NCBI GenBank assembly: GCA_016932785.1
Contig: JAFGCJ010000003.1
Span: 1 to 38,970 of the forward strand
Length of the DNA: 38,970 nucleotides
Source of the DNA: Candidatus Dojkabacteria bacterium
GTDB lineage: Bacteria > Patescibacteriota > Dojkabacteria > SC72 > JAFGCJ01
Direction: 5' to 3'
In this document: in pieces, positions 14,384 through 24,554 of the stretch
Layout: each line of letters begins with the position of its first letter
Numbering within the stretch: position 1 is the stretch's first letter
The notes under the pieces: generated by a model
The model's input: the letters and a program-made list of their open reading frames with translations, nothing else
What the model was told of the DNA's origin: nothing
Database searches by the model: none
Translations under genes and position numbers: made by a program

Positions 14384-14458
14384 TGGTTGCGGGGGCTCGA
14401 TTCGAACGAGCGACCTTCAGGTTATGAGCCTGACGAGCTGCCACTGCTCCACCCCGCG
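14384..14458 (-). tRNA. Initiator tRNA-fMet(CAU)
   Basis: CGCGGGG 5' end, anticodon arm TCAGG CT CAT AA CCTGA, 3' CCCCGCAACCA; C1:A72 mismatch. Confidence 0.95.
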
Positions 14459-14539
14459 TATCTTAAAATAAAGAAATGTGTGAAGTTTACAATATTAACA
14501 AGGAAATATCAATCTCGGAACAACACAATCAAGAAGATA

Positions 14540-14947
14540 TTACACACCTTTAATCAGAAACTGCCACCAGGATTTCCACTCTCCATCCTTATCTTCAACA
14601 GTATCTTCATCTTCGCTTACAACTCCCTGAACATCAGCAGTATCAGGCAGAACAGCAACTATTTCACCGTCTTTAGCATAATAAAGTCTATCCCTTGCCT
14701 CCTTTTCGACATAGTCATCACCAATAATCTCTTCCTTCCTACTCACAAGTTCAAGATTTCTCACCCTAAGCTCATCTACCTCTCCGCTGGCCTGATCTAA
14801 AAGTTCCATACGATTGTATGCAGCCCGAAGAGACTTCACTGAATTCACAACAAGAACCGCTGATAATCCAGTAAATACAGCTGCTAGCAAAAAAGAGAAT
14901 ACTCTAGAACTACTCTTATTTTTCTTTTTTTCCTCTAGACGATTCAT
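14540..14947 (-). CDS. Septum formation initiator (DivIC/FtsB-like)
   Basis: TM, coiled coil and YVEKEARDRLYYAKDGE motif. Confidence 0.85.
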   Translation of the reverse strand: MNRLEEKKKNKSSSRVFSFLLAAVFTGLSAVLVVNSVKSLRAAYNRMELLDQASGEVDELRVRNLELVSRKEEIIGDDYVEKEARDRLYYAKDGEIVAVLPDTADVQGVVSEDEDTVEDKDGEWKSWWQFLIKGV

Positions 14948-15056
14948 TAGGCAGTAACATCAATATCTACTAAAAGAAGTATAAACATAAAACTGCTTAA
15001 AAATCCAGTATAATTTGGTAACAAGTCGTGACATCCATTCCTATAGTTAAACATTA

Positions 15057-15086
15057 TTGACCCCAGTGTCAGTTTGTTGATATAAT
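15057..15086 (+). promoter_or_regulatory. sigma70 promoter of the recombinase gene
   Basis: TTGACC-18-TATAAT with TG extension. Confidence 0.6.
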
Positions 15087-15141
15087 CAAAAAGATTTCGG
15101 AAAAATGAGCATTTTTATAAATTATATCGGGGAATTCGATC

Positions 15142-16023
15142 ATGGCAGCGTCTAGTTTAAATCAACTTCATAGTGACTTTATAGAAGACCTAAAATCCAA
15201 AGGTAGATCTCAATCAACTATCATTGCTTATGGCAAGGACCTCGAGCAAGTTATTGAGTTTCTGGGAAACAAGAGCAAGACTGCTCCAACAGAAGTTGCC
15301 TTAGAAGATCTTGAAGAATTTAAAGCTGACCTCGGAAAACAGGACTACACTCCGAAAAGTATTTCTAGAAAAATTAACAGCATTAGAACATTTTTTAAGT
15401 ATCTCTACGGACAAAACATGATCAGCGAAAATCCAGCAGAGAAGCTTTCACATCCAAAATTCGAAACAAAACCTCCCAGAGTTCTAACAGAAATGGAATA
15501 TCGTGCACTCAGGGACGTAAGCAGAACAGATGTACGACTTTACTCAATCGTTGAGCTTCTATTACAGACTGGTATAAGAATCGGAGAACTCACAAGATTG
15601 AAGATTGATGATGTCAAAACAACAAAGGACGGCAAGCTAAAATACCTCGATATTGAGGCTTTCGGAAGCCATCCTGAGAGGAAGGTTCCACTTAATCAGT
15701 CAGCAAATAAGGCACTCGATGAATATCTAAAGGTCAGACCTAAAGCTAACGACAATACAATTTTCGTTACCAAAACCGGAAATCCTCTTCTTGTAAGAAA
15801 TATTAGAACATCAATCGATAGAGCTTTTGAGAAGGCTGGGATTAAGAACGCGAAAGTCAACGATCTTAGAAATACTTTCATTGCTCATCACCTTGCAAAC
15901 GGTGTCAGCCTTGTTACCGTTTCCAAGCTGGTTGGTCACAAGAGACTCTCAACCACAGAGAAATACCTGGACCTTATCAAGAAGGAGGAAAATGGCACCC
16001 AGCAAAAGCTGGAGGCCCTCTAG
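15142..16023 (+). CDS. XerC/XerD-like tyrosine recombinase
   Basis: SAM-like N-domain (STIIAYGKDL, SISRKINSIRTFFKYL), TGIRIGEL, NDLRNTF, LVGH, TTEKY. Confidence 0.9.
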   Translation: MAASSLNQLHSDFIEDLKSKGRSQSTIIAYGKDLEQVIEFLGNKSKTAPTEVALEDLEEFKADLGKQDYTPKSISRKINSIRTFFKYLYGQNMISENPAEKLSHPKFETKPPRVLTEMEYRALRDVSRTDVRLYSIVELLLQTGIRIGELTRLKIDDVKTTKDGKLKYLDIEAFGSHPERKVPLNQSANKALDEYLKVRPKANDNTIFVTKTGNPLLVRNIRTSIDRAFEKAGIKNAKVNDLRNTFIAHHLANGVSLVTVSKLVGHKRLSTTEKYLDLIKKEENGTQQKLEAL

Positions 16024-16176
16024 CCGCTAACCTATAGATCCGTCGTTGCACAAAAATCCCTATTCTGAAAGGATAATTTACACAATTACCCCCAATCTTA
16101 TAGTAGAGCCAGACCCTAAAAACGATATCATACACACCTTGCCAATCGCCTATTAAGAATCTACAATCACCTCACT

Positions 16177-17250
16177 ATGACAATTCTTGCAATAGACACA
16201 TCCTGCGACGAAACAGCAGCCGCTGTAATCAGAAACAACCGTGTCATATCAAACGTAATATCCTCCCAAGTAGAACTACACAAAAAATGGGGAGGAGTCG
16301 TTCCAGACATCGCAAGAAGAGCACATGCAGAAAGAATTGACGCTGTTGTTAATGAAGCCTTGAAGCGTTCGAGAGTTAAACTAGACGATATAGACTATTT
16401 TGCCGTTACATACGGCCCAGGGCTTGCTATAGCTCTTGAAATAGGAGTGAAAAAGGCAAAAGAAATGGCTTTAAAACAAAATAAACCTCTAGTGTCAGTA
16501 GACCATATGGAGGGTCACCTCCTCTCATCTTTCGCTAAAAATTCTTTAGGAAGGAACCCAAAAGGTCCTACCCTAACCGACCTCCCAGCAATGGGTTTAC
16601 TTGTCTCCGGAGGACATACTGAACTCGTTCTAATGAAAGACTTCGGCGACTACAAGATCGTTGGAGAAACACTAGACGATGCAGCCGGCGAAGCCTTCGA
16701 CAAGGTTGCAAAAATGCTCAACCTGGGGTATCCGGGAGGACCTATCGTGACAGAATTTGCGGAAAAAGGGACTCCAGGTAGCTTCGATTTACCTATCCCT
16801 ATGGAGAATTCTGGAGACTTAAATTTCAGTTTCTCAGGACTTAAAACCGCATGCCTTTATAAGATTAAAGACCTTAAAAAATCAGGAAAATTCAAGGATC
16901 AAAAACTCTGGATTCACAACTTCTGTGCCGATTTTCAAAACTCGGTTATCAAATCCCTGGTTATTAAGCTCCAACAGGCAATCGCCGAATACAAGGTCAA
17001 ATCCGTCTTTCTCGGAGGAGGAGTAATAGCAAATGTCCCTCTCCGCCGAGCAGTAAGATCTGCCATGAAAAAATCCCGCGTAAAAGTCTATCAGCCTTAC
17101 TCTCCCAAATTATTCGGTGACAATGCAGCGATGATTGGGGTTTGCGCCTATTACCAGATAAAGCGAAACGACAATATGGTACTTCACGACAAAAACAGAA
17201 TCCGAGAACTCGATCGAGATCCCGTATTACAGATTAGAACCAAGGACTAA
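16177..17250 (+). CDS. tsaD: tRNA t6A37 threonylcarbamoyltransferase TsaD
   Basis: ILAIDTSCDET, GGVVPDIARRAH, HMEGH, VSGGHT, DDAAGEAFDK, DNAAMIG. Confidence 0.97.
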   Translation: MTILAIDTSCDETAAAVIRNNRVISNVISSQVELHKKWGGVVPDIARRAHAERIDAVVNEALKRSRVKLDDIDYFAVTYGPGLAIALEIGVKKAKEMALKQNKPLVSVDHMEGHLLSSFAKNSLGRNPKGPTLTDLPAMGLLVSGGHTELVLMKDFGDYKIVGETLDDAAGEAFDKVAKMLNLGYPGGPIVTEFAEKGTPGSFDLPIPMENSGDLNFSFSGLKTACLYKIKDLKKSGKFKDQKLWIHNFCADFQNSVIKSLVIKLQQAIAEYKVKSVFLGGGVIANVPLRRAVRSAMKKSRVKVYQPYSPKLFGDNAAMIGVCAYYQIKRNDNMVLHDKNRIRELDRDPVLQIRTKD

Positions 17251-17355
17251 TGACTATGGGCTAAAGATTTAAGCCTGTGCCCTACTGTTTATCCTGTCCC
17301 AAAAGGCAAAAATCAGTCCCAAGGATTCAATATTCACAAATTGATATAATAAAGC

Positions 17356-19068
17356 ATGAGAAAGAGATCAAAAAGGATAAAACTCCAAAAGATACTATTC
17401 CCCGTATTCGTAATACTGGTAATTATTCCTACGTTTTTCATCGATGGCAATAATTATGAACCCACCACTCAAAGTTACCCAAACGCTGAGACCCATAAAG
17501 ATGAAGAGCAATCATCGGATCATACTAACACCAACGTACTACAAAATAGTGATGCTGATACAACACCTTCAGACGAAACAAGTATAGCTACTTCAAATCG
17601 TCAAACCATCTTACTTTCTGACCCCAAAGTTGAAACCCGGAGACTCACTGCCGGTACTATTTACTCCCTTAGTACAGATAGACTACAAAAAGATACTATT
17701 TACACTATAGACATATCGAATTACGAATTTTCAGATTTCGCTCTAGTTTGGCCGTCAGGAGATCTAAAATACTCTCTCACAAACTCCAACTCAGAAAACG
17801 AATTCCACTCCGTTCCGATCGATGACGACATTCAGGAATTTGAAGAAAACATTACCTCAAACCTAATCTCCGTTGATGAGAAATCCTACAATTTCATAAA
17901 CATCATAAGCAATAGCGATCTCCTAACATTGCGTATAGATCTTATTAACCCGACACCATCCGATACACTTTCATCAAGTAGGAATGTAAGTGCGACAGGT
18001 ACATATAATCGTGATTCAGGAGCAAAATATACAACCCTCAATATCATAAGCAGAGACCAGTGGGGAGCCTCCTTCTCACCAGATATTGACGATCCCTCTA
18101 GATTCACCTGGGAGCCGGCTTATCATCCTGTATCGAGAATCGTGGTTCATCATACCGCAGGTTCAAACTACCCATCAGATCCTGCTGCAGTGGTCAGATC
18201 AATCTACCTTTACCACGCAGAGACACGTGGATGGGGGGATATAGGATATAACTATCTGATAGACCACAGAGGAAACATCTACGAAGGTAAAGCCGGAGGG
18301 GACGAGGTTTTTGCATATCACGCCTTTACTGAAGCCAATGCTATGAGTATAGGCATTTCATTGCTTGGAGACTTTACTTATTACAACCCAACATACGCGG
18401 CCCAAAGTTCTCTTATTAAACTTATGGCCGAGAAGGCTGCCTTCTACAACTTCGATCTGAAATACTCAAACGGAAATCTAGGAAAGTGGTTAGATTCCAG
18501 TTACACTGTTTTTGGCCATAGAGACACATGGTTCTGGTGCTACGAAGGGCATTCCTCCGATTACAGATGTCCTAGCGGTGACCAATGGATCATCAATGCT
18601 ACAGCTTGTCCGGGAGACAAGCTACGGAACTTACTTAGCTCCACCCTGACATACCAGGCTCAGAGCTACAAGAATTCTCATTTCTCAACAATGAAGAGCG
18701 TTATTAGCAAAGTCGAAAGCAAGATGAGCAATCCTCATGAACAGGACAAAATTCTTGTCGTGTTTGACCTTCCAGAAACCGCAACAGAAAACGAAGTCCT
18801 TTCTCTTATCCCAAGCTATTCAGGTATAACAGATATATACATCGAAAAAAACCGGGCCACCATACTAGTCAGAGATTGGAACAACGGAGGTATTATTCCC
18901 CCATCGGGTTGGGATGGTTATAATGCACCTGGTACATTCTTCCCGGTTGCGGAAGGTACTGACGACAGACTGGAAACTCTATTAAAATTATTCGTACTCG
19001 ATCCAAAGATCAAATCTGCCGATCTAAACTACTACAAAGATCTCCGGAAATATGAAAATTCTCAGTAA
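17356..19068 (+). CDS. Secreted/anchored N-acetylmuramoyl-L-alanine amidase (Amidase_2/PGRP-like)
   Basis: N-terminal TM; ISRDQWGA, IVVHHTAG, RGWGDIGYNYLID, IYEG, GHRD, TACPG. Confidence 0.9.
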   Translation: MRKRSKRIKLQKILFPVFVILVIIPTFFIDGNNYEPTTQSYPNAETHKDEEQSSDHTNTNVLQNSDADTTPSDETSIATSNRQTILLSDPKVETRRLTAGTIYSLSTDRLQKDTIYTIDISNYEFSDFALVWPSGDLKYSLTNSNSENEFHSVPIDDDIQEFEENITSNLISVDEKSYNFINIISNSDLLTLRIDLINPTPSDTLSSSRNVSATGTYNRDSGAKYTTLNIISRDQWGASFSPDIDDPSRFTWEPAYHPVSRIVVHHTAGSNYPSDPAAVVRSIYLYHAETRGWGDIGYNYLIDHRGNIYEGKAGGDEVFAYHAFTEANAMSIGISLLGDFTYYNPTYAAQSSLIKLMAEKAAFYNFDLKYSNGNLGKWLDSSYTVFGHRDTWFWCYEGHSSDYRCPSGDQWIINATACPGDKLRNLLSSTLTYQAQSYKNSHFSTMKSVISKVESKMSNPHEQDKILVVFDLPETATENEVLSLIPSYSGITDIYIEKNRATILVRDWNNGGIIPPSGWDGYNAPGTFFPVAEGTDDRLETLLKLFVLDPKIKSADLNYYKDLRKYENSQ

Positions 19069-19072
19069 ATAA

Positions 19073-20206
19073 TTAAACAGTCTTGTCATTTGTCCTGTCC
19101 CAAAAGGCAAAAACCAGCCCCAATGACCCAAGCACAACGGCTATACATATTCCAACAATCCCAACACCATAATTATCCAGAACAAACCCTATACCCAATA
19201 ACATACCGGAACTAGCAAGTCTCGAAAGGAGACTCTGAAACGAGATCACACTTGCGCGTACTGTATCCTTGACCCTAGTATTAATCTCGTATTCAAAAAA
19301 GGTTGACGATAATCCCCTCATAAAGTGCCCTCCCATAAGACCCAAGATCACAATTACTGGAATTCCAAAAATAGACATCATCACTGAAGAAATAACTACC
19401 ATCAAGACAATAAACATGGAACCAAATTTGGGTAACCTGGGATATACCTTACTTCCGACAGCAACCAGGAAAGTCGCAAACCCAGCCAGTATTCCCCACC
19501 AGACGACTTTCAGACCCATCTCATCAAAAATTGGGTTATACAGCCATTTATAGCTCAAAAATAAGCCTCCCAGCAGCCCATATAGCAACGTTAGAGATAG
19601 AAGTTTTTTATCACTATATATTGATTTAACTCCTACTACAGCCCGCGAAAATATATTTCCTTGGATTTTCTTATTGCTTTCAACATTCAAACTCAGCAAT
19701 ATGGGTACTCCAACAGCAAAAGCCACCGAACTAAGCCAAATAGGAATCCTGAGATCTACATCAGCCAGAAAACCTCCTACAGCGGTAGACAGCATACCCC
19801 ATATAACAGTCCAGAAGCCTATATCTGCATTATCCTTTTTGAAATTCCCAGAAACACTATACAATAATGCCGTAATACTACCAGTAATCAAAGACTGTCC
19901 AAGGGCAAGAAGAATCAGAGCCACAATATAGAAACCAGTCGGTCCGGATAAAGAAATCAAAAACATTGAAACCGCATTTAGGCTAAACCCAAAAATCACC
20001 GACAATCTATGTGAAAAGTGATCACCTATAACACCGGTAGGATACTCTAGTAGAACTATTGCTATTGAATATAAGCTCAAAAGCTTATATCCAAGATCAT
20101 AGTCAATACCCCTACTCTTCCAATACAGAAGAGATATTGAAATCCAGAAAAGTGACGACCCCAGTAGACATACCAATTTTACTCTGAAAAGCTTGGACAT
20201 CCACAC
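19073..20206 (-). CDS. MFS transporter
   Basis: Many hydrophobic segments; EYPTGVIGDHFSHR (motif A-like), RASVISFQS. Confidence 0.88.
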   Translation of the reverse strand: MWMSKLFRVKLVCLLGSSLFWISISLLYWKSRGIDYDLGYKLLSLYSIAIVLLEYPTGVIGDHFSHRLSVIFGFSLNAVSMFLISLSGPTGFYIVALILLALGQSLITGSITALLYSVSGNFKKDNADIGFWTVIWGMLSTAVGGFLADVDLRIPIWLSSVAFAVGVPILLSLNVESNKKIQGNIFSRAVVGVKSIYSDKKLLSLTLLYGLLGGLFLSYKWLYNPIFDEMGLKVVWWGILAGFATFLVAVGSKVYPRLPKFGSMFIVLMVVISSVMMSIFGIPVIVILGLMGGHFMRGLSSTFFEYEINTRVKDTVRASVISFQSLLSRLASSGMLLGIGFVLDNYGVGIVGICIAVVLGSLGLVFAFWDRTNDKTV

Positions 20207-20216
20207 CGACTACAAG

Positions 20217-20759
20217 TTAGCTACGTGCACCTTTGCTTGTTTTTATAGCCTTAAGAATCTCACCCCCATGATCAGTATAAATCACGAGATACCTGTTCTT
20301 AAACCGTAGATTATTATCATCATCAGCCTCTACTTCAACATCGTCCAAAGGGAGACTCTCTTTTATAAGAAACGTTGCAAATGGCCCCAAGCGTCCTGCA
20401 ATAATAAACCTCCTATTCGTCACGATAATCCGTGTAACAAACCACCTCAGTAATCGACGAATCTTGGTATTTATGAGAATAAATAAAACTTTTTCTTTCT
20501 TCTGAAGAATACCTTCTGGAACTTCTGGACTATTGAATGTTCTTTTTACCAAGAAATTCAAAGGAATAGAAAGTACAAAAAGGGCAATAAGGCCTATACC
20601 AATAACCTTTAATGTCTCTGATGGAATGTTCGGAATAACACCCTTCAAAAGAAAATACCAGATGATAACCACAAATATGAACCCGACAACCTCAACATAC
20701 CAAGGGAAATATCTCGCTTTTCTCGAACCAGAAAGGATTTTGTATGGATACTTTGACAT
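20217..20759 (-). CDS. Membrane protein with a possible C-terminal PH-like domain
   Basis: Two TMs then IIVTNRRFII..ESLPLDDV. Confidence 0.6.
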   Translation of the reverse strand: MSKYPYKILSGSRKARYFPWYVEVVGFIFVVIIWYFLLKGVIPNIPSETLKVIGIGLIALFVLSIPLNFLVKRTFNSPEVPEGILQKKEKVLFILINTKIRRLLRWFVTRIIVTNRRFIIAGRLGPFATFLIKESLPLDDVEVEADDDNNLRFKNRYLVIYTDHGGEILKAIKTSKGARS

Positions 20760-20854
20760 AGCAGATTATACTATTAAATAGCATGTTTTTTCAATATGCC
20801 TAACTCAAGTTCTGACAATAATCAATTACCAAATTCATTCCCTGTATATTGCTC

Positions 20855-21244
20855 CTACTCCTCTATACCTACGGTATCAAGAAATTCACAACAAATATCT
20901 TCAGAAAGACTTTGAAGGCCTACCTTCTGTTCCTCAGTTAAAACAGGTATCAATCGTTTTACATAATCCTCAATCTCTTTTCGAATTATCTGCGCCAATA
21001 CAGTCTCGAATTTGCCTTCACCAAAAGTTTCTCTTAGCAAGAGCAGCATATCCTCAGATGAATCGATTATATTCAACATTCTCAAAATTTCATCCCTCTT
21101 GCCCTCAGGCGCTACACGAGAGAGCTCCAGCAGTGCCTTACTATAACAATTGTTCATAAACCTCTTATAGAAATCCTCCCGGTCACCCTTATACTCAACA
21201 ATACTAAGAATTTTCATGAAGGTTTCCTTGGCTGTCTCAATCAT
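20855..21244 (-). CDS. hypothetical protein
   Basis: 129-aa helical-looking ORF with no motif. Confidence 0.65.
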   Translation of the reverse strand: MIETAKETFMKILSIVEYKGDREDFYKRFMNNCYSKALLELSRVAPEGKRDEILRMLNIIDSSEDMLLLLRETFGEGKFETVLAQIIRKEIEDYVKRLIPVLTEEQKVGLQSLSEDICCEFLDTVGIEE

Positions 21245-21292
21245 TTCATTATTTTATAGGTAGAGAAAAGATAAAATCAGGCAGATTCCTTT

Positions 21293-21751
21293 TTATACTT
21301 GCTTCTGTCTCCGCTTATCTCTTTGTTCCATATATTTACTTACCGCTCCAATAGTCGCTAGACCTGTAAATCCCGCAGGAACAAGAAGCCCACTTACGGC
21401 AAATCCCGCTGTAGCAACACCAAACAATACTCCCCAAAAAGCAGCATCTCTCATCTTGTACTCAGGAGATTTGACCCACGTTCCTGCATCTTCCTCAGAC
21501 ATACCCGTGTTCACCATGTCACGAACATCCCATTTTTCCATAATTCTTGAACATAGAGCGTCAAAACGATCAAGTACTGTATTAACCAGTGAAAGCGATG
21601 AACGAAAAAGTTCACCCGCAAGGTTGAGTACTTCAGTGGCAGAATCTACCACAAACGAATCTGAAACTGCGGTGACCTCTGAAGAGCCTCCCGCCTCTAC
21701 AATATCTACTCCTGGGGAGTCTATATTATCTCTATTTCCACCACCCATCAA
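21293..21751 (-). CDS. hypothetical membrane protein
   Basis: C-terminal Gly/Ala-rich hydrophobic hairpin. Confidence 0.6.
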   Translation of the reverse strand: MMGGGNRDNIDSPGVDIVEAGGSSEVTAVSDSFVVDSATEVLNLAGELFRSSLSLVNTVLDRFDALCSRIMEKWDVRDMVNTGMSEEDAGTWVKSPEYKMRDAAFWGVLFGVATAGFAVSGLLVPAGFTGLATIGAVSKYMEQRDKRRQKQV

Positions 21752-22021
21752 GAACAGTACCTAAAGTTAGCTACTAGCTGAAATATATCGAATTATACCA
21801 TTAAATAAGGATTTATTCAAAAAACAATATATTGTTCAAATCGTACAAAACACAAGGTGCAAGGGAAAAATGGTTGAGACTTCATTACCATCCAAAGAAA
21901 CAGCCTTCACCCTATAGCGTTACTTCCGCTGTCTCTCCCCGTTTTACTTACTGTAGAGAAACAAACTCTACAAGATCTTTGACAACCCTATACCCAGAAT
22001 TCACTGAAAGGATAACCTAAA

Positions 22022-22900
22022 ATGAACAAGAGACTTATCCCATTCCTTATCGTAGTGGCAGTATTTGTTTTGGTCTTAATCGCATTACTGACACTAGCCT
22101 CTCCACCCAGCAATGAGTTGGTGTGGGAGTGCAGCACTGGTGAAATGATTCTACCTAATGGTCTTCCAGACTTTGAACGTAAGACCGTCACGCCAGATAC
22201 GGTGTTCGAAACTCACGATTTTTCGACTGAGGATCACGCACTGGTGATTTATACCGTAGGTAAGGTGGATCCTGAACTAGTTGAAGTATCTCGATATTTC
22301 TTCGAGAGGTACATGGAGTTTCTATACTCTATGTACAACAAGCATGGCCTCAGCACTGAAAATATTGCACAGTGGGAAACACCTGATATAGCGGTAACCT
22401 TATGGGAGGAAACACTCTCGGCTAGACCGATGTTCGAGGATGATAGTGGCATTATGCCTCTGAATCCGGACATGAGAGTCCCAGATCAAAATGGGTTCCC
22501 AGTAGAAATTACCGATGGAGAAACCCTCCTTGCAGCAAAGGATATCTTCTGGGACTACATTCAGGGAAACGTTCTAGCAATTGGTGCCGTCTCTATCGAA
22601 GGCGACATGGTCGGCATTGCAGTAGATCTACAAGGATGCCGACATCCTGCTGTCAAGTACGCGATAGAAAACCCCAGCGACGTGTTCATCCTGGAATCGA
22701 ACCTCATCAACGAGGTTTCCGGGACATACAATGTCTGGGCCAGGCTGAACGATAAGGAGAACTATCATGTGATTGCTGACGATCTACTGGAAAAACATGG
22801 GTTCACAGAGACCTGTGGAACCCCAGAACATCTTATGGATGGAATATATCAGACGAGGCCTTCACCACGGCTATGCAAAAGGAGTATGAAGCATGGCTAG
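22022..22900 (+). CDS. Acidic secreted/membrane-anchored hypothetical protein
   Basis: SD-like AAAGGA upstream, N-terminal signal/TM, followed by a terminator. Confidence 0.8.
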   Translation: MNKRLIPFLIVVAVFVLVLIALLTLASPPSNELVWECSTGEMILPNGLPDFERKTVTPDTVFETHDFSTEDHALVIYTVGKVDPELVEVSRYFFERYMEFLYSMYNKHGLSTENIAQWETPDIAVTLWEETLSARPMFEDDSGIMPLNPDMRVPDQNGFPVEITDGETLLAAKDIFWDYIQGNVLAIGAVSIEGDMVGIAVDLQGCRHPAVKYAIENPSDVFILESNLINEVSGTYNVWARLNDKENYHVIADDLLEKHGFTETCGTPEHLMDGIYQTRPSPRLCKRSMKHG

Positions 22901-22950
22901 CGGAGACTTCGGAAAATTAAACACCCCAGGTATAGGAAATGTCAAAAGAG

Positions 22951-22991
22951 GCGCACGTTTTCATTGTGAAATGCTGACGTGCGCTTTTTTC
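22951..22991 (+). terminator. Intrinsic terminator
   Basis: GCGCACGT...ACGTGCGC stem followed by a T-run. Confidence 0.7.
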
Positions 22992-23019
22992 TTTAACTCA
23001 CATTAAGTCAACATCACGG

Positions 23020-23150
23020 AAAAAATGGGCGCAGGTGGACGATGTTGGAAAATGGTTGAGATTCAATATTTATATTATTAAATTAAGGTTTGAGAGTGGT
23101 TCAAACGTTCTACATACTATAGGGCTTCAGATTCAATTGTGGTAAGTGGC
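23020..23150 (+). repeat. att copy 1: tRNA-Ile 3'-end core (23026-23040) plus attP-derived arm
   Basis: 32 bp identical to 24555-24586; 15-bp core TGGGCGCAGGTGGAC identical to 31182-31196; partial similarity to copy 2 continues for ~100 bp. Confidence 0.9.
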
Positions 23151-23202
23151 CCGTCAGAAATCATCATTCCTTATTATTTTTATAACCGGATGTCGTCGCT
23201 TA

Positions 23203-23231
23203 TTGATACCATTTCTTCGGCGTGCTATAAT
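23203..23231 (+). promoter_or_regulatory. Strong sigma70 promoter
   Basis: TTGATA-17-TATAAT with TG extension. Confidence 0.75.
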
Positions 23232-23349
23232 ACTATAGGACTTGCACAATAGGGTGCACTTACCTTCAAACCGGTCAATATGCCGAGAGGCTATTCCGGT
23301 TTGAAAGCTTTTTAACAGCTGAATAACGAAATACAAAAGGAGAAAAGCG

Positions 23350-23964
23350 ATGAAAAACAGAGCACTAATACTAATTGGAGTTGTTTTGGTAGCAATTTTA
23401 GCGATATGGGGTGTCTTATCAATAATCCAGAATCCATCAGGAACCACGGCATCTCTATCTCAGGAACCGGTACATCTAGAAAGCGGAGAAGTTTACACAT
23501 GGACATCTCCGAGTGAAATACAGGTGGTATTCGTCTCAGAAGTTGGGGTTACCTTATACCCCGACAACTTTGACCACCTCGAGTTTACAGACCAGAATCC
23601 TGAGATAGACATAATATACGTCTATCTCAAAGACTCCTATGGCTTCATGGGAAACGAGGAGGTACCCTATCCAAACGGGCACCTCGGAGTGACCATGTAT
23701 GACAGGTACAACGGAGTCTTGCAAAACATCGAAGTCAGGATCGCAGTAAGTGCATTCACGTCGTTCCCCCAATTGTACACAAGGCTGGACGATGTGACCG
23801 AGGTCACACCACTTGTGGACTTGAATGCAGTGCTGATTGAAGAGCTATGGCACAGCTTTAGGGGAGACCATTACGAAGGAGACGACGAGCTAAGTATGAA
23901 AGTGAACCTTGCATACGCGCAAAATCCAGACTTCATAATAATAAGACCCGACAGTTTACAATGA
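23350..23964 (+). CDS. Acidic secreted/membrane-anchored hypothetical protein, possibly zincin-like
   Basis: SD AAAGGAG, N-terminal signal/TM, LIEELWH resembles a degenerate HExxH. Confidence 0.8.
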   Translation: MKNRALILIGVVLVAILAIWGVLSIIQNPSGTTASLSQEPVHLESGEVYTWTSPSEIQVVFVSEVGVTLYPDNFDHLEFTDQNPEIDIIYVYLKDSYGFMGNEEVPYPNGHLGVTMYDRYNGVLQNIEVRIAVSAFTSFPQLYTRLDDVTEVTPLVDLNAVLIEELWHSFRGDHYEGDDELSMKVNLAYAQNPDFIIIRPDSLQ

Positions 23965-23976
23965 ACATCTCTCTGT

Positions 23977-24015
23977 GGGGCCACCCTCCATCCAGATCAC
24001 CAGGAGGGTGGCCCC
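23977..24015. terminator. GC-rich hairpin between convergent genes
   Basis: Perfect 13-bp stem GGGGCCACCCTCC / GGAGGGTGGCCCC; no adjacent U-tract. Confidence 0.6.
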
Positions 24016-24089
24016 CCCCGAAATTTCGTTATTCAGCTCATCTTTAGGAAACAAATTTCCTATTATTATAATATTCAGAATCCTCATCA

Positions 24090-24536
24090 CTATACTGACT
24101 TCTTTATACTGACTGAATCAGAAACTATTTCCAGAATTTTACTGGAGAGAGAAGACAAATCTTTCGTCTTCACTTTTTTTCCAAAATCAGTATAGAAATA
24201 CTCGTGGTATTTATTAGAATACTTAATGTTTACGGAATTAAGAAGATTAAAATCTCTTTTGTTAAGAGCAGGAAATGAATACTCCAATTTTGAATATTTA
24301 TATAACTGCTCAAGATCATGACCAAACTCTTTCAACTTTTTTTCATCTTTTATACCAAATTCCCAGAGATACACCTTAAAAGCAAGCTCGATTGAATGAC
24401 AATACAAGTACTGAATAACCGAAAGATGACCTGCTTTACCTAATCTTAGAAATTCTGCTGAGCTATAAAATCCTCTTGCCCTCTTTAGCATCCCCTTACT
24501 GGAAATTCTCCCAAGTGTATAAATAACAGCTCCCAT
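24090..24536 (-). CDS. HEPN-like domain protein
   Basis: YLYCHSIELAFKVYL...GHDLEQLY pattern. Start moved to the ATG at 24536 because the longer ORF crosses the att site. Confidence 0.7.
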   Translation of the reverse strand: MGAVIYTLGRISSKGMLKRARGFYSSAEFLRLGKAGHLSVIQYLYCHSIELAFKVYLWEFGIKDEKKLKEFGHDLEQLYKYSKLEYSFPALNKRDFNLLNSVNIKYSNKYHEYFYTDFGKKVKTKDLSSLSSKILEIVSDSVSIKKSV

Positions 24537-24554
24537 CTGAAAGTGTTTCTGATT

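Noticed and set aside
15035-15063. dif-like site upstream of the Xer gene
   Set aside because: Weak similarity, lacks the TTATGTTAAA XerD arm, and overlaps the promoter.
15142-16023. Tyrosine recombinase as integron integrase or island integrase
   Set aside because: No IntI-specific insertion, no attC-like sites or flanking repeats seen, and the context is housekeeping.
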